Assembly: GCA_046290225.1 (NCBI GenBank)
Contig: JBKAGE010000036.1
Span: forward strand, 300,918 to 364,917
Direction of reading: 5' to 3'
DNA from: Bradymonadia bacterium
Lineage (GTDB): Bacteria; Myxococcota_A; Bradymonadia; UBA7976; UBA1532
Length of the DNA stretch: 64,000 nucleotides
Shown here: piece after piece, positions 38,551 through 47,950 of the stretch
Layout of the letters: the number at the start of each line of letters is the position of its first letter
Position numbering within the stretch: the first letter of the stretch is position 1
Notes under the pieces: generated by a model
Databases searched by the model: none
The model's input: only the letters and a program-made list of their open reading frames with translations
Told to the model about the DNA's origin: nothing
Program-made: the position numbers and the translations under genes

Positions 38551-39323
38551 GCGGCCCCAACACACGCCAGCAGCCTCAGCAAGGGGTGCAGATTCACCTG
38601 CGGTGGCTGGTCTTGCTGGCATCCATGATCGTCCTGGTGTTGCTCCGGCGGCACCGCGTGCTGCTCACCATCTACGTGGCGCTGTTCTGCACTGGCTCGC
38701 TGCTCTACCTGCTGTGGCTGCCCAAGTTCATGGCCAGCCAGGAGCGCAAGTTCACCCGCGAGGCCCTGAGGCTGATCACGTCGGGTGACATCAGCGGCCT
38801 CAAAGCCCTCGCCCAGCGTCAGGGTTTGATCCGACGATTCGGCCGGCGCCACGTGATCCCCGACACCCTCGCCATGGGCGCAGCCTCAGTGGGCGATCAC
38901 GAAGCTGCCTGCCACCTGTACGCCGAGGCCTTGCAACACGCGCCCCCTGAAGATCGGGTCCGCATCGAGCTGAACCTCGCCGCCGAGGAGGTCCAGACAG
39001 GCCGGCTCGACGCCGCTGAGGGCCGATACCGGGCCATTCTGCGCAAGCGACCCGGTCAGCTCATCGCCGTGGGCCAGCTTGGGCGGCTGTTGGTGAAGAA
39101 AGAGGCTTTCTCTGAAGCCATCGACCATCTGAAGCAGGCCTTGGAGATGGCCAACGGCAGCGAAGCGGCGGGGCTGAAGCTGGCCCTCGCCGAGGCCTTG
39201 ATTCTCACCGGCGACGCCTCAGGTCAGGCCCTCGCTCAGGAGGCGGGATCTGAAGGGGCCTCTTCTGAAGAGGTCTCTCGCGTGCTCGCCCTCTCCAGCA
39301 GCCAGCGCGACACCCGCGGGTAG
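38547..39323 (+). CDS. Membrane protein with TPR-like helical repeats
   Basis: 258 aa with a GTG start overlapping the upstream stop (GTGA). It has two TM helices and then helical repeats. Its last 88 nt overlap the convergent hydrolase gene. Confidence 0.45.
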   Translation: MSGPNTRQQPQQGVQIHLRWLVLLASMIVLVLLRRHRVLLTIYVALFCTGSLLYLLWLPKFMASQERKFTREALRLITSGDISGLKALAQRQGLIRRFGRRHVIPDTLAMGAASVGDHEAACHLYAEALQHAPPEDRVRIELNLAAEEVQTGRLDAAEGRYRAILRKRPGQLIAVGQLGRLLVKKEAFSEAIDHLKQALEMANGSEAAGLKLALAEALILTGDASGQALAQEAGSEGASSEEVSRVLALSSSQRDTRG

Positions 39324-40348
39324 ACCACCTCCGGGGCCCGATGCCCCAACACCAGATCCACGTGCCCCCAGTCGCCGTCGGCGCCGCCGAGGACCTCCAT
39401 GTGCTTGTGGGGGCTGCCCATGGCTTCGAAGCCCGCCTGTACCGAGGCGATGGGCGCCATGCGATCCAGGTTGCCGGCGATGGCCAGGTAGGGCCACTTC
39501 ACCCCTTCGAGGCGGGTCAGCGTCTGATCCGCGGGCCGACCATCGAGACCCTGGCGGTGCAGAATCGCGTCGACGAAGTTACGGATCACCTTCCGGGGCA
39601 CATCTTCGAGCACCTCGGCCATGAACGCTCGCTGCGTCGTGGGGCGCATGTGCTCTGGATGAAAGAACATGCGCTCCACAGGCCGCGCCGGCACTCGCCC
39701 TGCGAAGGGCAACACCAGCGCGCACCAGCGGGCGATGCGAGCCGAGGGCAGCCAGTCGAGGTAGCGCAGCCACCGGGCGATGCCGCCCCAGTGGGCCCGC
39801 ACCGGATCCGGGTGCGTGGGGGTGCCCAACGTGATGAGCCCGCCGAGATCGTCGATGCGGCCCTCCGCACCCGCGAGCAAGGCCACGAGGCCCCCCATGG
39901 AGTGGCCTACCCAGAGCACCTCGCGCTCACCCGTGAGCGTGCGCACGTGCTCAAGGGCTGCGGGCACGTCGAAGCGGGCATGATCGATGATGCCGTAGGT
40001 CCACCCCTTGCCGAAGAAGCCCGGCTTCTCGCTGCCGCCGGCCCCTCGCAGATCGAGCAGGAACACGTCGAACCCCTGCTCGGCAAGGTGACGGCCGAGG
40101 CTGTACTCGGCGTCGAGATCGAAGAAGCGGTGGTTGCACGCCAGGCCATGGCAACAAATGACCGGACGCCCGCCCCCCGGGCCCTCGGGGTTGGCTCGAA
40201 TGCGATTGAGCGCGATGCGCCAGCCGTCCTCCGTGGCGACGAAGTGGCGCTCGTCTGGCAGACGCAGACGGCTGTAGTGGCGCTTCCAGAACCAGATGTG
40301 GGCCACCACCAGCGCCACGATGGCCACGAGGTAGATCAAAATCTCCAT
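39236..40348 (-). CDS. Alpha/beta-fold hydrolase, membrane-anchored
   Basis: Trimmed to ATG 40348 (MEILIYLVAIVALVVAHIWFW). Oxyanion region CCHGLACNH and nucleophile elbow VGHSMGG are present. Confidence 0.8.
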   Translation of the reverse strand: MEILIYLVAIVALVVAHIWFWKRHYSRLRLPDERHFVATEDGWRIALNRIRANPEGPGGGRPVICCHGLACNHRFFDLDAEYSLGRHLAEQGFDVFLLDLRGAGGSEKPGFFGKGWTYGIIDHARFDVPAALEHVRTLTGEREVLWVGHSMGGLVALLAGAEGRIDDLGGLITLGTPTHPDPVRAHWGGIARWLRYLDWLPSARIARWCALVLPFAGRVPARPVERMFFHPEHMRPTTQRAFMAEVLEDVPRKVIRNFVDAILHRQGLDGRPADQTLTRLEGVKWPYLAIAGNLDRMAPIASVQAGFEAMGSPHKHMEVLGGADGDWGHVDLVLGHRAPEVVYPRVSRWLLERASTRETSSEEAPSDPAS

Positions 40349-40352
40349 CGAG

Positions 40353-41450
40353 TCACTCCTGGGCTGAGCCCACCACCACCATGAAGTTGAGGCGATCCCG
40401 CCCTCGGGCCACCCGCACCTGAGCGGCGCGGCCAGGCTTGGTGGCAGCGATGAGCCAGCTGAGCATGCGCGGATCTTCGATGGGCACCCCATCGTACGCC
40501 AGAATGATGTCACCGGGCTCCAGGCCCGCCAGATGGCCAGGCGCCTCCAAAACGACCCCCTTGACGAGGGCCCCTCGGCGAGTGCTCAGCCCGGAGGCCG
40601 CCACCTGATCCAGCGAAGGGCTTATGGTGACGAGGCCAGTGTACCCTCTCACAAAGCGGCCATCAGCCAGGATGCTCTCCACCACCACATTCACCATGTC
40701 GATGGGCGTCGCGAAGGAGACGCCCTGGCCGTGGCCGAGGACCGCGGTGTTCACCCCTACTACCCGCCCATCGATGTTCACCAGCGGTCCCCCCGAGTTG
40801 CCCGGATTGATGCTGGCATCGGTTTGAATGAAGTTCGCGTATCTCGGCGCCCCTGAGGGCAGATTCCGGCGACCCAGGGCGCTCACCACCCCCACAGTGA
40901 TCGAATGATCGAAGCCGTAGGGGCTGCCCAACGCCGCCACCCACTGCCCCGGCCGCAGCGGCTTCACCGAGCCCCGAGCGAGGGGAGGCAGCCGCCCACC
41001 GTCGAGCTTGAGCACAGCAAGGTCAGTTTTGGGATCACTGCCCACCAGGACAGCGGACAAGACTTGCCGATCGGCTGTACGCACCTGAAAAGCAGAGACA
41101 TTGTCGACGATGTGATCGTTGGTCACGAGGTGGCCCTGAGCGTCCCAAAGGAAGCCACTCCCCTGACGCACAGTGGCGAAGCCCGTCTCCTCCACGTGGC
41201 CGGCGAGCACGCTCACCACCGAGGGCGCCACGGTATCGAAGACATAGGTGAAGTCGGGGCCACGGCCGTCACACTGGCAATCACCAGATCGCTCGACCTT
41301 CTCGGGCTCAGGGGCTGGCTTTGGGGGCGGGGGCGCAGACACGGGTGCTTTTGACGGTGCCGGCCGTGCGTTTGCAGGCGGCGCAGGCTCCTGACATCCG
41401 AGAAGGGCCAGGAGGCAGCCCAGAGACCACCCAGGACGGCTGGCGGTCAC
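40353..41450 (-). CDS. HtrA/DegP-family serine protease with PDZ domain (lipoprotein signal)
   Basis: LLALLGC lipobox, the catalytic triad context (TNDHIV, D...AVLKL, GNSGGPLVN) and a C-terminal PDZ domain. Confidence 0.9.
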   Translation of the reverse strand: MTASRPGWSLGCLLALLGCQEPAPPANARPAPSKAPVSAPPPPKPAPEPEKVERSGDCQCDGRGPDFTYVFDTVAPSVVSVLAGHVEETGFATVRQGSGFLWDAQGHLVTNDHIVDNVSAFQVRTADRQVLSAVLVGSDPKTDLAVLKLDGGRLPPLARGSVKPLRPGQWVAALGSPYGFDHSITVGVVSALGRRNLPSGAPRYANFIQTDASINPGNSGGPLVNIDGRVVGVNTAVLGHGQGVSFATPIDMVNVVVESILADGRFVRGYTGLVTISPSLDQVAASGLSTRRGALVKGVVLEAPGHLAGLEPGDIILAYDGVPIEDPRMLSWLIAATKPGRAAQVRVARGRDRLNFMVVVGSAQE

Positions 41451-41785
41451 CGACGCGCTTTCTGGACGTACTTCACACGGAGTTCGTACAGCAGCGTATC
41501 GAGCAGCCTGCGCTCCTCGTCGTCGAGATTGCCTACGGTCTTGTTCTTGAGCATGCCCAGGGTGTCGATGACCTGAGCCGCCATGACGAGATCGGGCGCG
41601 CTCTCACCGGTCTCGCCGAGGTGCACCAGGGCGAGGTGGTTGAGAGACATCACGTGGTGGGCGAACGTCATGGTGGAGATCACCGGACGCTGTGTGCCCC
41701 CCTCGTCCTCGGCGGGCTTCACCTCAGGGGTGCCCTCCGGATCGACGTGGAACACCCGCTTGTCGTGCTGATCGCGATCGCCCAT
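41447..41785 (-). CDS. DUF1844-like small protein
   Basis: 112 aa. FAHHVMSLNHLALVHLGE...AAQVIDTLGMLKNKTVGNLDDEE..LL..LLYELR matches my recollection of the DUF1844 pattern. Confidence 0.6.
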   Translation of the reverse strand: MGDRDQHDKRVFHVDPEGTPEVKPAEDEGGTQRPVISTMTFAHHVMSLNHLALVHLGETGESAPDLVMAAQVIDTLGMLKNKTVGNLDDEERRLLDTLLYELRVKYVQKARR

Positions 41786-41809
41786 GGGGCCTCCTCGGGC
41801 CGAGCCCTT

Positions 41810-42031
41810 TTACATCGAGGTGGTCTCGTCTCCGGGCACCTGGTGGACCTCTTTCGAGCCCACTTTCTCCTTGAGGGACTCCATCTCGATGACCACAGCC
41901 TCGCTGTTGCCCTCGGCGTCTTCGAGGTTGGCGAGCCAGTCTTTGTGCTCGTCGGCGGTGACCACCCCCATCTCGACGTGGCGCTTCACCAGGCGAATAT
42001 CATAGAGGTATTCAGGGACCTTGCGGATCAT
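41810..42031 (-). CDS. Small hypothetical protein (73 aa)
   Basis: ATG 42031 is preceded by GGAG. The charged, helical-looking sequence MIRKVPEYLYDIRLVKRHVEMGVVTADEHKDWL matches no family I recognise. Confidence 0.4.
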   Translation of the reverse strand: MIRKVPEYLYDIRLVKRHVEMGVVTADEHKDWLANLEDAEGNSEAVVIEMESLKEKVGSKEVHQVPGDETTSM

Positions 42032-42220
42032 GAGGGGGCTCCAATGGCAGCATGTTTGAGGGGCCACTCCATCCAACGGGGCAGCCCGGACAGCGGCAAA
42101 TAGTGCTCAATGGCCCCGTCAGAGTCAATCTGCTAAGGTGCGCCGCTGCCAGCGACACTGTAGGTGTACCTGCCCGTGACGCGGCACACGACGCCCTCGA
42201 ACAGACCCATCCACAGGAAG

Positions 42221-43486
42221 ATGGCCATGACCGCTCAGCCCAAATCAGAGTTCCTCAACATCGTCCTCCGGCGTGGCTTCATGCACCAGTGCACCGATCT
42301 CGAGGCACTCGACGAAGCCTTCATGAAGGGACACGTGACGGGCTATGTGGGCTTCGATGCCACCGCAGACTCGCTCCACGCCGGCAGCCTCGTGTCGATC
42401 ATGTTGTTGTACTGGCTTCAGTACTGCGGCCACCGTCCTCTCGTGCTCATGGGCGGTGGCACCACCAAGGTGGGTGATCCCTCGGGCAAAGACGAAAGCC
42501 GTCAGCTGCTCACCGCCGATCGCATCGAGCAGAACATCGCCTCCATCAAGGGCATCTTCGACAAGGTCATCGACTTCAGGGGTGATGGTCCCGACAGCGG
42601 CATCTTCCTCAACAACGCCGAGTGGCTCGATGCCCTGGAGTACGTGCCCTTCTTGAGAGACGTGGGCCGCCACTTCACCATCAACCGCATGCTCACCATG
42701 GACTCGGTGCGGTTGCGCCTCGATCGCGAGCAGCCCCTGAGCTTCCTTGAGTTCAACTACATGCTGCTGCAGGCCTACGACTTCGCCGAGCTCAACAAGC
42801 GCTACGGCTGCACCCTGCAGATGGGCGGCTCTGATCAGTGGGGCAACATCACCCAAGGCATCGACCTCGGTCGCCGCATGCACGGCGCCAGCCTGTTCGG
42901 CCTCACCACCCCCCTCATCACCACCGCTTCTGGGGCGAAGATGGGGAAGACGGCCGCTGGCGCGGTGTGGCTCAACCCTGATCGACTCTCGGCCTACGAC
43001 TACTACCAGTACTGGCGCAACGTCGAAGACGCCGACGTGGGTCGGTTCCTGCGCCTGTTCACCATGGTGCGTCTCGAGGAGATCGAGCGCCTCGAGGCCC
43101 TCAAGGGTCAGGAGATCAACGAGGCCAAGAAGGTCCTCGCCCGTGAGGCCTGCGCCATCGTGCACGGCCGAGAAGCCGCAGTCGCCGCGGAGACCACCGC
43201 CCTGGAGACCTTCGAAAAGGGGGCCAGCGCCGCAGGTCTGCCCACCTTCGACGTACCTCAGGGCAACCTGGACGCCGGGGTGAAGATCATCGAGCTCTTC
43301 GTTCAGGCGGGGCTGGCGAAGTCCAACGGCGAGGCCCGACGCCTGATTCGTCAGGGCGGCGCCAAGGTGAACGACACTCAGTTCAAAGACGAGCACGGCA
43401 GCCTCACCGCCTCCGATCTCAACGGCGAGGGGGTCATCAAGCTCTCCGCCGGCAAGAAACGCCACGCCCTGATCCGCCCAGCCTGA
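42221..43486 (+). CDS. tyrS: Tyrosine--tRNA ligase
   Basis: [14 protein letters not shown] (HIGH-type), KMGKT (KMSKS-type) and a C-terminal S4 domain. The start is trimmed to ATG 42221 after AGGAAG. Confidence 0.95.
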   Translation: MAMTAQPKSEFLNIVLRRGFMHQCTDLEALDEAFMKGHVTGYVGFDATADSLHAGSLVSIMLLYWLQYCGHRPLVLMGGGTTKVGDPSGKDESRQLLTADRIEQNIASIKGIFDKVIDFRGDGPDSGIFLNNAEWLDALEYVPFLRDVGRHFTINRMLTMDSVRLRLDREQPLSFLEFNYMLLQAYDFAELNKRYGCTLQMGGSDQWGNITQGIDLGRRMHGASLFGLTTPLITTASGAKMGKTAAGAVWLNPDRLSAYDYYQYWRNVEDADVGRFLRLFTMVRLEEIERLEALKGQEINEAKKVLAREACAIVHGREAAVAAETTALETFEKGASAAGLPTFDVPQGNLDAGVKIIELFVQAGLAKSNGEARRLIRQGGAKVNDTQFKDEHGSLTASDLNGEGVIKLSAGKKRHALIRPA

Positions 43487-43496
43487 GAGAGTACCC

Positions 43497-44531
43497 ATGC
43501 GACTGCTCGCCGGTGACGTCGGAGGCACCCACACCCGCCTCACGCTGTACGAAGGCCCCGCTGATCAGCCTCCCCAGGCATCGGCCACCGCGGTCTACAA
43601 GAGCCAGGAGTTCACCGATCTCGCCCCGGTGATCCGCGCCTTCCTCCGAGAGCACGCCCTGGCACCGCCAGAGGGCGCCTGCATCGGCGTCGCGGGCCCT
43701 GTCCGCCAGGGGCGGGTGCGGCTGACCAATGTGAACTGGCAGCTCGATGCGATCCGGCTCAGCGCCGACCTCGGGTTCCCTATCACGTTGATCAACGACT
43801 TCCACGCTCAGGCGGCGGCGATCCCTCACCTGGGGCCCCACGATCTCGTGGCTCTCGAGACCAACGGCTCTGCAGAGCCCGAGGCAGAAGAGGGCGCGCC
43901 CATCGCCATCCTCGGCCCAGGCACAGGTCTTGGTGAGGCGCTGCTGATTCCCGAAACGCACGGCGGCTACCGTGTACTGCCCACCGAGGGCGGCCACAGC
44001 CGGTTCGCCCCCCGGGACGAGCGGGAGATCGGCCTGCTCCGAAGCCTGTGGCAGACATTCCCGGAGCACGTGAGCGTAGAGCGCGTGCTCAGCGGCAATG
44101 GTCTGGTGGCCATCTACGACTACCTGCGGGGCGACACCCCCAGGCGGCCCGAGATGGCCACCACAGATCCTGCGGCGGTCATCACCACGCAGGCCCTCGC
44201 CCGTGGCTGCCCCATCTGCGTCGAGGCCGTGGAGATGTTCGTCGCCATCCTCGGCGACGAAGCTGCGAACCTCGCCCTCAAGAGCAACGCCGGCGGCGGT
44301 GTCTACATCGCAGGTGGCATCGGCCCCCGCATCGCCCCCCTGATGCAGGGCACCTTCCGTCGTGCCTTCATCACCAAGGGCCGTTTCGGCAGCTGGTTGA
44401 GGGGTGTGCCCACGTGGCTGATCATCCGCACCGACTCGGGCATGCTCGGCGCCTGGGCTGAGGCCCACCGGCTCGCGAGCCAGCCCCACGAGCAGTCGCC
44501 CGAGAGATCGCTGATGGAGAGCGAAGACTGA
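43497..44531 (+). CDS. glk: Glucokinase
   Basis: MRLLAGDVGGTHTRLTLY, NDFHAQA, EGGH and GGGVYIAGGI are Glk-family motifs. Confidence 0.9.
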   Translation: MRLLAGDVGGTHTRLTLYEGPADQPPQASATAVYKSQEFTDLAPVIRAFLREHALAPPEGACIGVAGPVRQGRVRLTNVNWQLDAIRLSADLGFPITLINDFHAQAAAIPHLGPHDLVALETNGSAEPEAEEGAPIAILGPGTGLGEALLIPETHGGYRVLPTEGGHSRFAPRDEREIGLLRSLWQTFPEHVSVERVLSGNGLVAIYDYLRGDTPRRPEMATTDPAAVITTQALARGCPICVEAVEMFVAILGDEAANLALKSNAGGGVYIAGGIGPRIAPLMQGTFRRAFITKGRFGSWLRGVPTWLIIRTDSGMLGAWAEAHRLASQPHEQSPERSLMESED

Positions 44532-46804
44532 TGCGGAATTCCGAGAGCCGATGGCTGACGGCCCCCACGCGCCTCGCCCAGGACCGACTCGTCGTCGGCG
44601 CCCTGCTCCTGGCGTTGCTGGCCCTCTACATGCCCAACCTCGGCGGCTATGGCCTCTATGACCCCTGGGAGACCCACTACGGTGAGGTGGCCCGGAACAT
44701 GGTCGAGACCGGAAACTACATCGATCCCTTCTGGGGCGCCCCCTGGGATCCGAACGGGGTGAAGCGCGAGCGCGCGGGCTTCTACAGCAAGCCGCCGCTG
44801 ACGATGTGGCTCATGGCCGCGGGCATGAACATCGCCGGCTACAACGAGTGGGGTGTGCGGCTGCTCTTCCCCGTACTGGCCATCATGGCCCTGCTGGCCA
44901 TCTACCTCGCCGTGTCGAGGCTGAAACATCGCCGGGCGGGGCTCATCGCCGTCACCGTCACCGGCACGATACCGTTCTATACATTCTTGAGTCGTCAGGC
45001 CGTCACCGATGGCCCCATGGTGTCCCTCATGGTGCTCGCCGCCATGGCTCTGGGGCTTGGCCTCTTCGCTTGCGAAGACGATGACAGCCCACCGAGCCCA
45101 GCGCTTTATTGGGGCACGCTCACCCTGGCCATGGTGGTCATGCTCGGCCAGCTGTGGGCCATGCTGCCCATGGATCGCAGCCCCGACACCATCCGACCCT
45201 ACCCGGGCGACGGCGGGTTCTTCATCGCCATCCAGTGGTTCTTCCGCGATCTCTTCTGGGTGGGCCGCGGCAAGGGTTGGGTCATCGCCCTGGTCTTGAT
45301 GCCCCTGGCGGTCTTCACCGCCCTGCGCATCGCCCGCCAGAGGCGCCGGCAGATGCTCTACATCTACCTGTTTTACATCTTCGTGGGCCTCGTGGTGCCG
45401 GCGAAGGGTTGGGTGGCCTGGGCCCCCCTCGGCGGGGCCATTGTCGGCTACCTGCTCATCACCGGCGAGTGGCATCGGCTCAAGCAGGTCGACATCCCTG
45501 GTGGGCTGCTCATCGTCTTCATGACTGGGCATCCGTGGATCATCGCCATGCTCGGAGGGCACCACCCGGGGTGGTACAACCGTTTTGTGGTGCACGATCA
45601 CTACAAGCGGCTCTTCGAGAAGGTGCACAGCACCGACGACGGCGCCTTCGAGTACTTCGTCAAGTGGATCGGCTACGGCTTGTTCCCCTGGATCGGGTTA
45701 CTGCCTGCAGCCATCGCCCGGATGGTGGGGTTGCGCAAGGGCCCCGACGGCTACACCAAACTGCAGAAGTTCGAGATCTTCATCTTTGTGTGGGCCATCT
45801 TCGGCTTCATGATGTTCTCCAAGTCGGGGACCAAGTTCCATCACTACATCTTCCCAGCGATCCCGCCCCTGTGCATCTTGCTGGCCCTCGCCCTCGACGA
45901 TCTCATCGACCGGGCCCCTCGAGGTGCTTCGGTGCTGCTCATGGGCGGCGCTCTGATCACTGTGTGGGTCGGTCAGGACCTCTATCGCATGCCCACCCGG
46001 CACGGTGAGGCCAGCCAGAACCTGGTGAACCTCTTCACCTACAAATATGACCGCGAGTGGCCCGAATACACTCCACCAGAAGAGCTCGCCGAAGCCCGTG
46101 CAGCCCTGGCCACTGCGCCCGATGCAGAGGGCCCAGATGTAGACAAAAAAGACAAACCACCCATGACTGCGGAGCAGCTGGCCTTCGCCGAAGAAGACAA
46201 TGCATTCCTCTTCGAGCTCTCGGGCCCACTGTTCTGGATGACCTGGATGGGGGCCATCGGCCTGGGCGCCATGGCGCTCTTCGGCGGTTGGATCAGAGAG
46301 TACGGTGGGGTCGTGGTGGCCCTCGGCGGGCTTTGGTGCGCCATGTATTGCCTGCACACCTATCTACCTGTGGTCTCACACCACTGGAGCCAGAAAGGCA
46401 TGTGGGACACGTACTACAGTCAGTGCACGCCTTTCGAAGAAGGCGACACTCTGGGCTATCGACAACACATGTTGGGCCATCTCGGTCGAGTCCCGAAGCG
46501 GGCAGACATGTTCCCCAGGGTGAAGTGCAAAGAGCCCATCATCGCCTTCCGAACCAACTGGCGCGGTGAGACTTTCTACTCCGCCAACACCACGCTGCCG
46601 GTCATCGAGACCAAGTTCATGAAGCAGTTCTTCGCCCAGTGGGGCGAGCACCAGCCCTTCTACCTCTTCACTGAGCGCAGCCGGGTGAAGTCGGAGCTGG
46701 AGCCCAATTTGCCCAAGCACCTCAAGGGCAAGGGACAAGAAGTCTTCGGTGCCAACCGCAAGTTCGTCCTGTTCCGCTTCGACCCCCCGCCGGCGTCACA
46801 GTAG
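44531..46804 (+). CDS. GT39/ArnT-like (PMT_2) membrane glycosyltransferase
   Basis: 757-aa polytopic protein. LYDPWETHYGEVARNM in the first loop resembles the DE-type motif of ArnT/PMT enzymes. Its ATG overlaps the glk stop (TGATG). Confidence 0.75.
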   Translation: MRNSESRWLTAPTRLAQDRLVVGALLLALLALYMPNLGGYGLYDPWETHYGEVARNMVETGNYIDPFWGAPWDPNGVKRERAGFYSKPPLTMWLMAAGMNIAGYNEWGVRLLFPVLAIMALLAIYLAVSRLKHRRAGLIAVTVTGTIPFYTFLSRQAVTDGPMVSLMVLAAMALGLGLFACEDDDSPPSPALYWGTLTLAMVVMLGQLWAMLPMDRSPDTIRPYPGDGGFFIAIQWFFRDLFWVGRGKGWVIALVLMPLAVFTALRIARQRRRQMLYIYLFYIFVGLVVPAKGWVAWAPLGGAIVGYLLITGEWHRLKQVDIPGGLLIVFMTGHPWIIAMLGGHHPGWYNRFVVHDHYKRLFEKVHSTDDGAFEYFVKWIGYGLFPWIGLLPAAIARMVGLRKGPDGYTKLQKFEIFIFVWAIFGFMMFSKSGTKFHHYIFPAIPPLCILLALALDDLIDRAPRGASVLLMGGALITVWVGQDLYRMPTRHGEASQNLVNLFTYKYDREWPEYTPPEELAEARAALATAPDAEGPDVDKKDKPPMTAEQLAFAEEDNAFLFELSGPLFWMTWMGAIGLGAMALFGGWIREYGGVVVALGGLWCAMYCLHTYLPVVSHHWSQKGMWDTYYSQCTPFEEGDTLGYRQHMLGHLGRVPKRADMFPRVKCKEPIIAFRTNWRGETFYSANTTLPVIETKFMKQFFAQWGEHQPFYLFTERSRVKSELEPNLPKHLKGKGQEVFGANRKFVLFRFDPPPASQ

Positions 46805-46831
46805 TCAACTCGCAGCGATGGTGAGTGTGGC

Positions 46832-47443
46832 CTACCCCGTGAGGCCGAACAGCATCTCACCGAGGCGTTGACGCAGGCTCTGGTAGGCAGAAGCCGCCAG
46901 GATGAACATCACATAGCCCTGACTCCGGCTCTCTTTGAGCGTGAAGTCGATCTGCACCATGATGAACTGTTGCCGCGCCCGGGATTTGATCTGGCCCATG
47001 AGCGTGTTGTTGTCGCCCTGGAACCAACGGGGCAACCCAGTTTGCAGCTCCATGCCGAAGGTGTCGGCAAAAGACGCCAGGCACGCGTTGAGGATGATGT
47101 TCCCCACCTCGCTCAAGGCTTCGAATTCCAGCTCGGTCAGCTCTTGTCCGCACTGATCGTTGAGCAGCGCGTGCACCAGACTGTGGCTGTTCTCATCGGG
47201 GAAGATGAGCAAGCCTTCGCCATCCAAAGGGCCATGGAACCCCTGTGAGATGGCAGTGATGTCATCGGGAAACTGGACTCGGGCGTAAGCCTCCACCTGA
47301 GCCTCGTCACAGATCTCCACCTGGGGGAGCGACAACAGCACCTCTTCCCGAGCCATCTGGCTCAGAGCGTCGGCGGCTTGCCCCAGGCCCATGTTCAAGA
47401 GCTCACCGAGGGCATCTTTGAACATGGCGTCGTCGAGGGCCAT
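46832..47443 (-). CDS. CheC-family CheY-P phosphatase
   Basis: Two copies of the CheC active-site pattern (D/S)x3Ex2Nx22P are present. They are DALGELLN...(22 aa)...P, and EALSEVGN...(22 aa)...P with E in the first position. Confidence 0.75.
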   Translation of the reverse strand: MALDDAMFKDALGELLNMGLGQAADALSQMAREEVLLSLPQVEICDEAQVEAYARVQFPDDITAISQGFHGPLDGEGLLIFPDENSHSLVHALLNDQCGQELTELEFEALSEVGNIILNACLASFADTFGMELQTGLPRWFQGDNNTLMGQIKSRARQQFIMVQIDFTLKESRSQGYVMFILAASAYQSLRQRLGEMLFGLTG

Positions 47444-47802
47444 CAGACACCCTCGATGAAGTGCTGCAACTTCGCCGGCGACACGGGCTTGCCGATGAAG
47501 GTGTACCCCTGCTCTGCAGCACGGTTCTGAATCCGCGCCTGCACATTTGCCGTGAGGAGGGCGATGGGTACCTCAGGGTACTTCTCTCTCACCTGTGCGG
47601 CCGTTTCGAAGCCGTCCAGACCCGGCATATTGATGTCGATGAGCAGGGCATCAGGTACCTGCTCCTCTGTCTTGTTGATGGCCTCTTCACCGTTACTCGC
47701 GTCAACCACTTGCCACTCGGGCTTCAAGTTGAGCAGCGCGCTCCGCGCCCACAGGCGTGCGGTCATGCTGTCGTCAACGATGTAGATGGTCTTCTCGCTC
47801 AT
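47443..47802 (-). CDS. CheY-like single-domain response regulator
   Basis: Trimmed to ATG 47802. IYIVDDS...LLIDINMPGLDG...LLTAN...GKP are canonical. Its stop overlaps the CheC-like start. Confidence 0.85.
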   Translation of the reverse strand: MSEKTIYIVDDSMTARLWARSALLNLKPEWQVVDASNGEEAINKTEEQVPDALLIDINMPGLDGFETAAQVREKYPEVPIALLTANVQARIQNRAAEQGYTFIGKPVSPAKLQHFIEGV

Positions 47803-47950
47803 CGCCGAGCCTCCTGCGTTGGGGGTGGATCGTTCATCGACCGGCAGGAGGCTCGACTTTACCTGGAGGCATGCACAGGCCTCATATTCTGGCTTTAGCG
47901 GCACCCTGCACGTGCCGAAAAATGGGCTATGTGATGGCAGGAGACATGTC

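Noticed and set aside
42032-42220. T-box or other leader upstream of tyrS (and similarly for leuS)
   Set aside because: I found no T-box consensus (AANNNGGGTGGNACCRCG-like) and no terminator/antiterminator pair, only a weak long-loop hairpin.
42245-45628. Three long minus ORFs (42245..43543, 43437..44489, 44303..45628)
   Set aside because: They are antisense shadows of tyrS, glk and the GT39 gene, all of which carry strong family motifs on the + strand.
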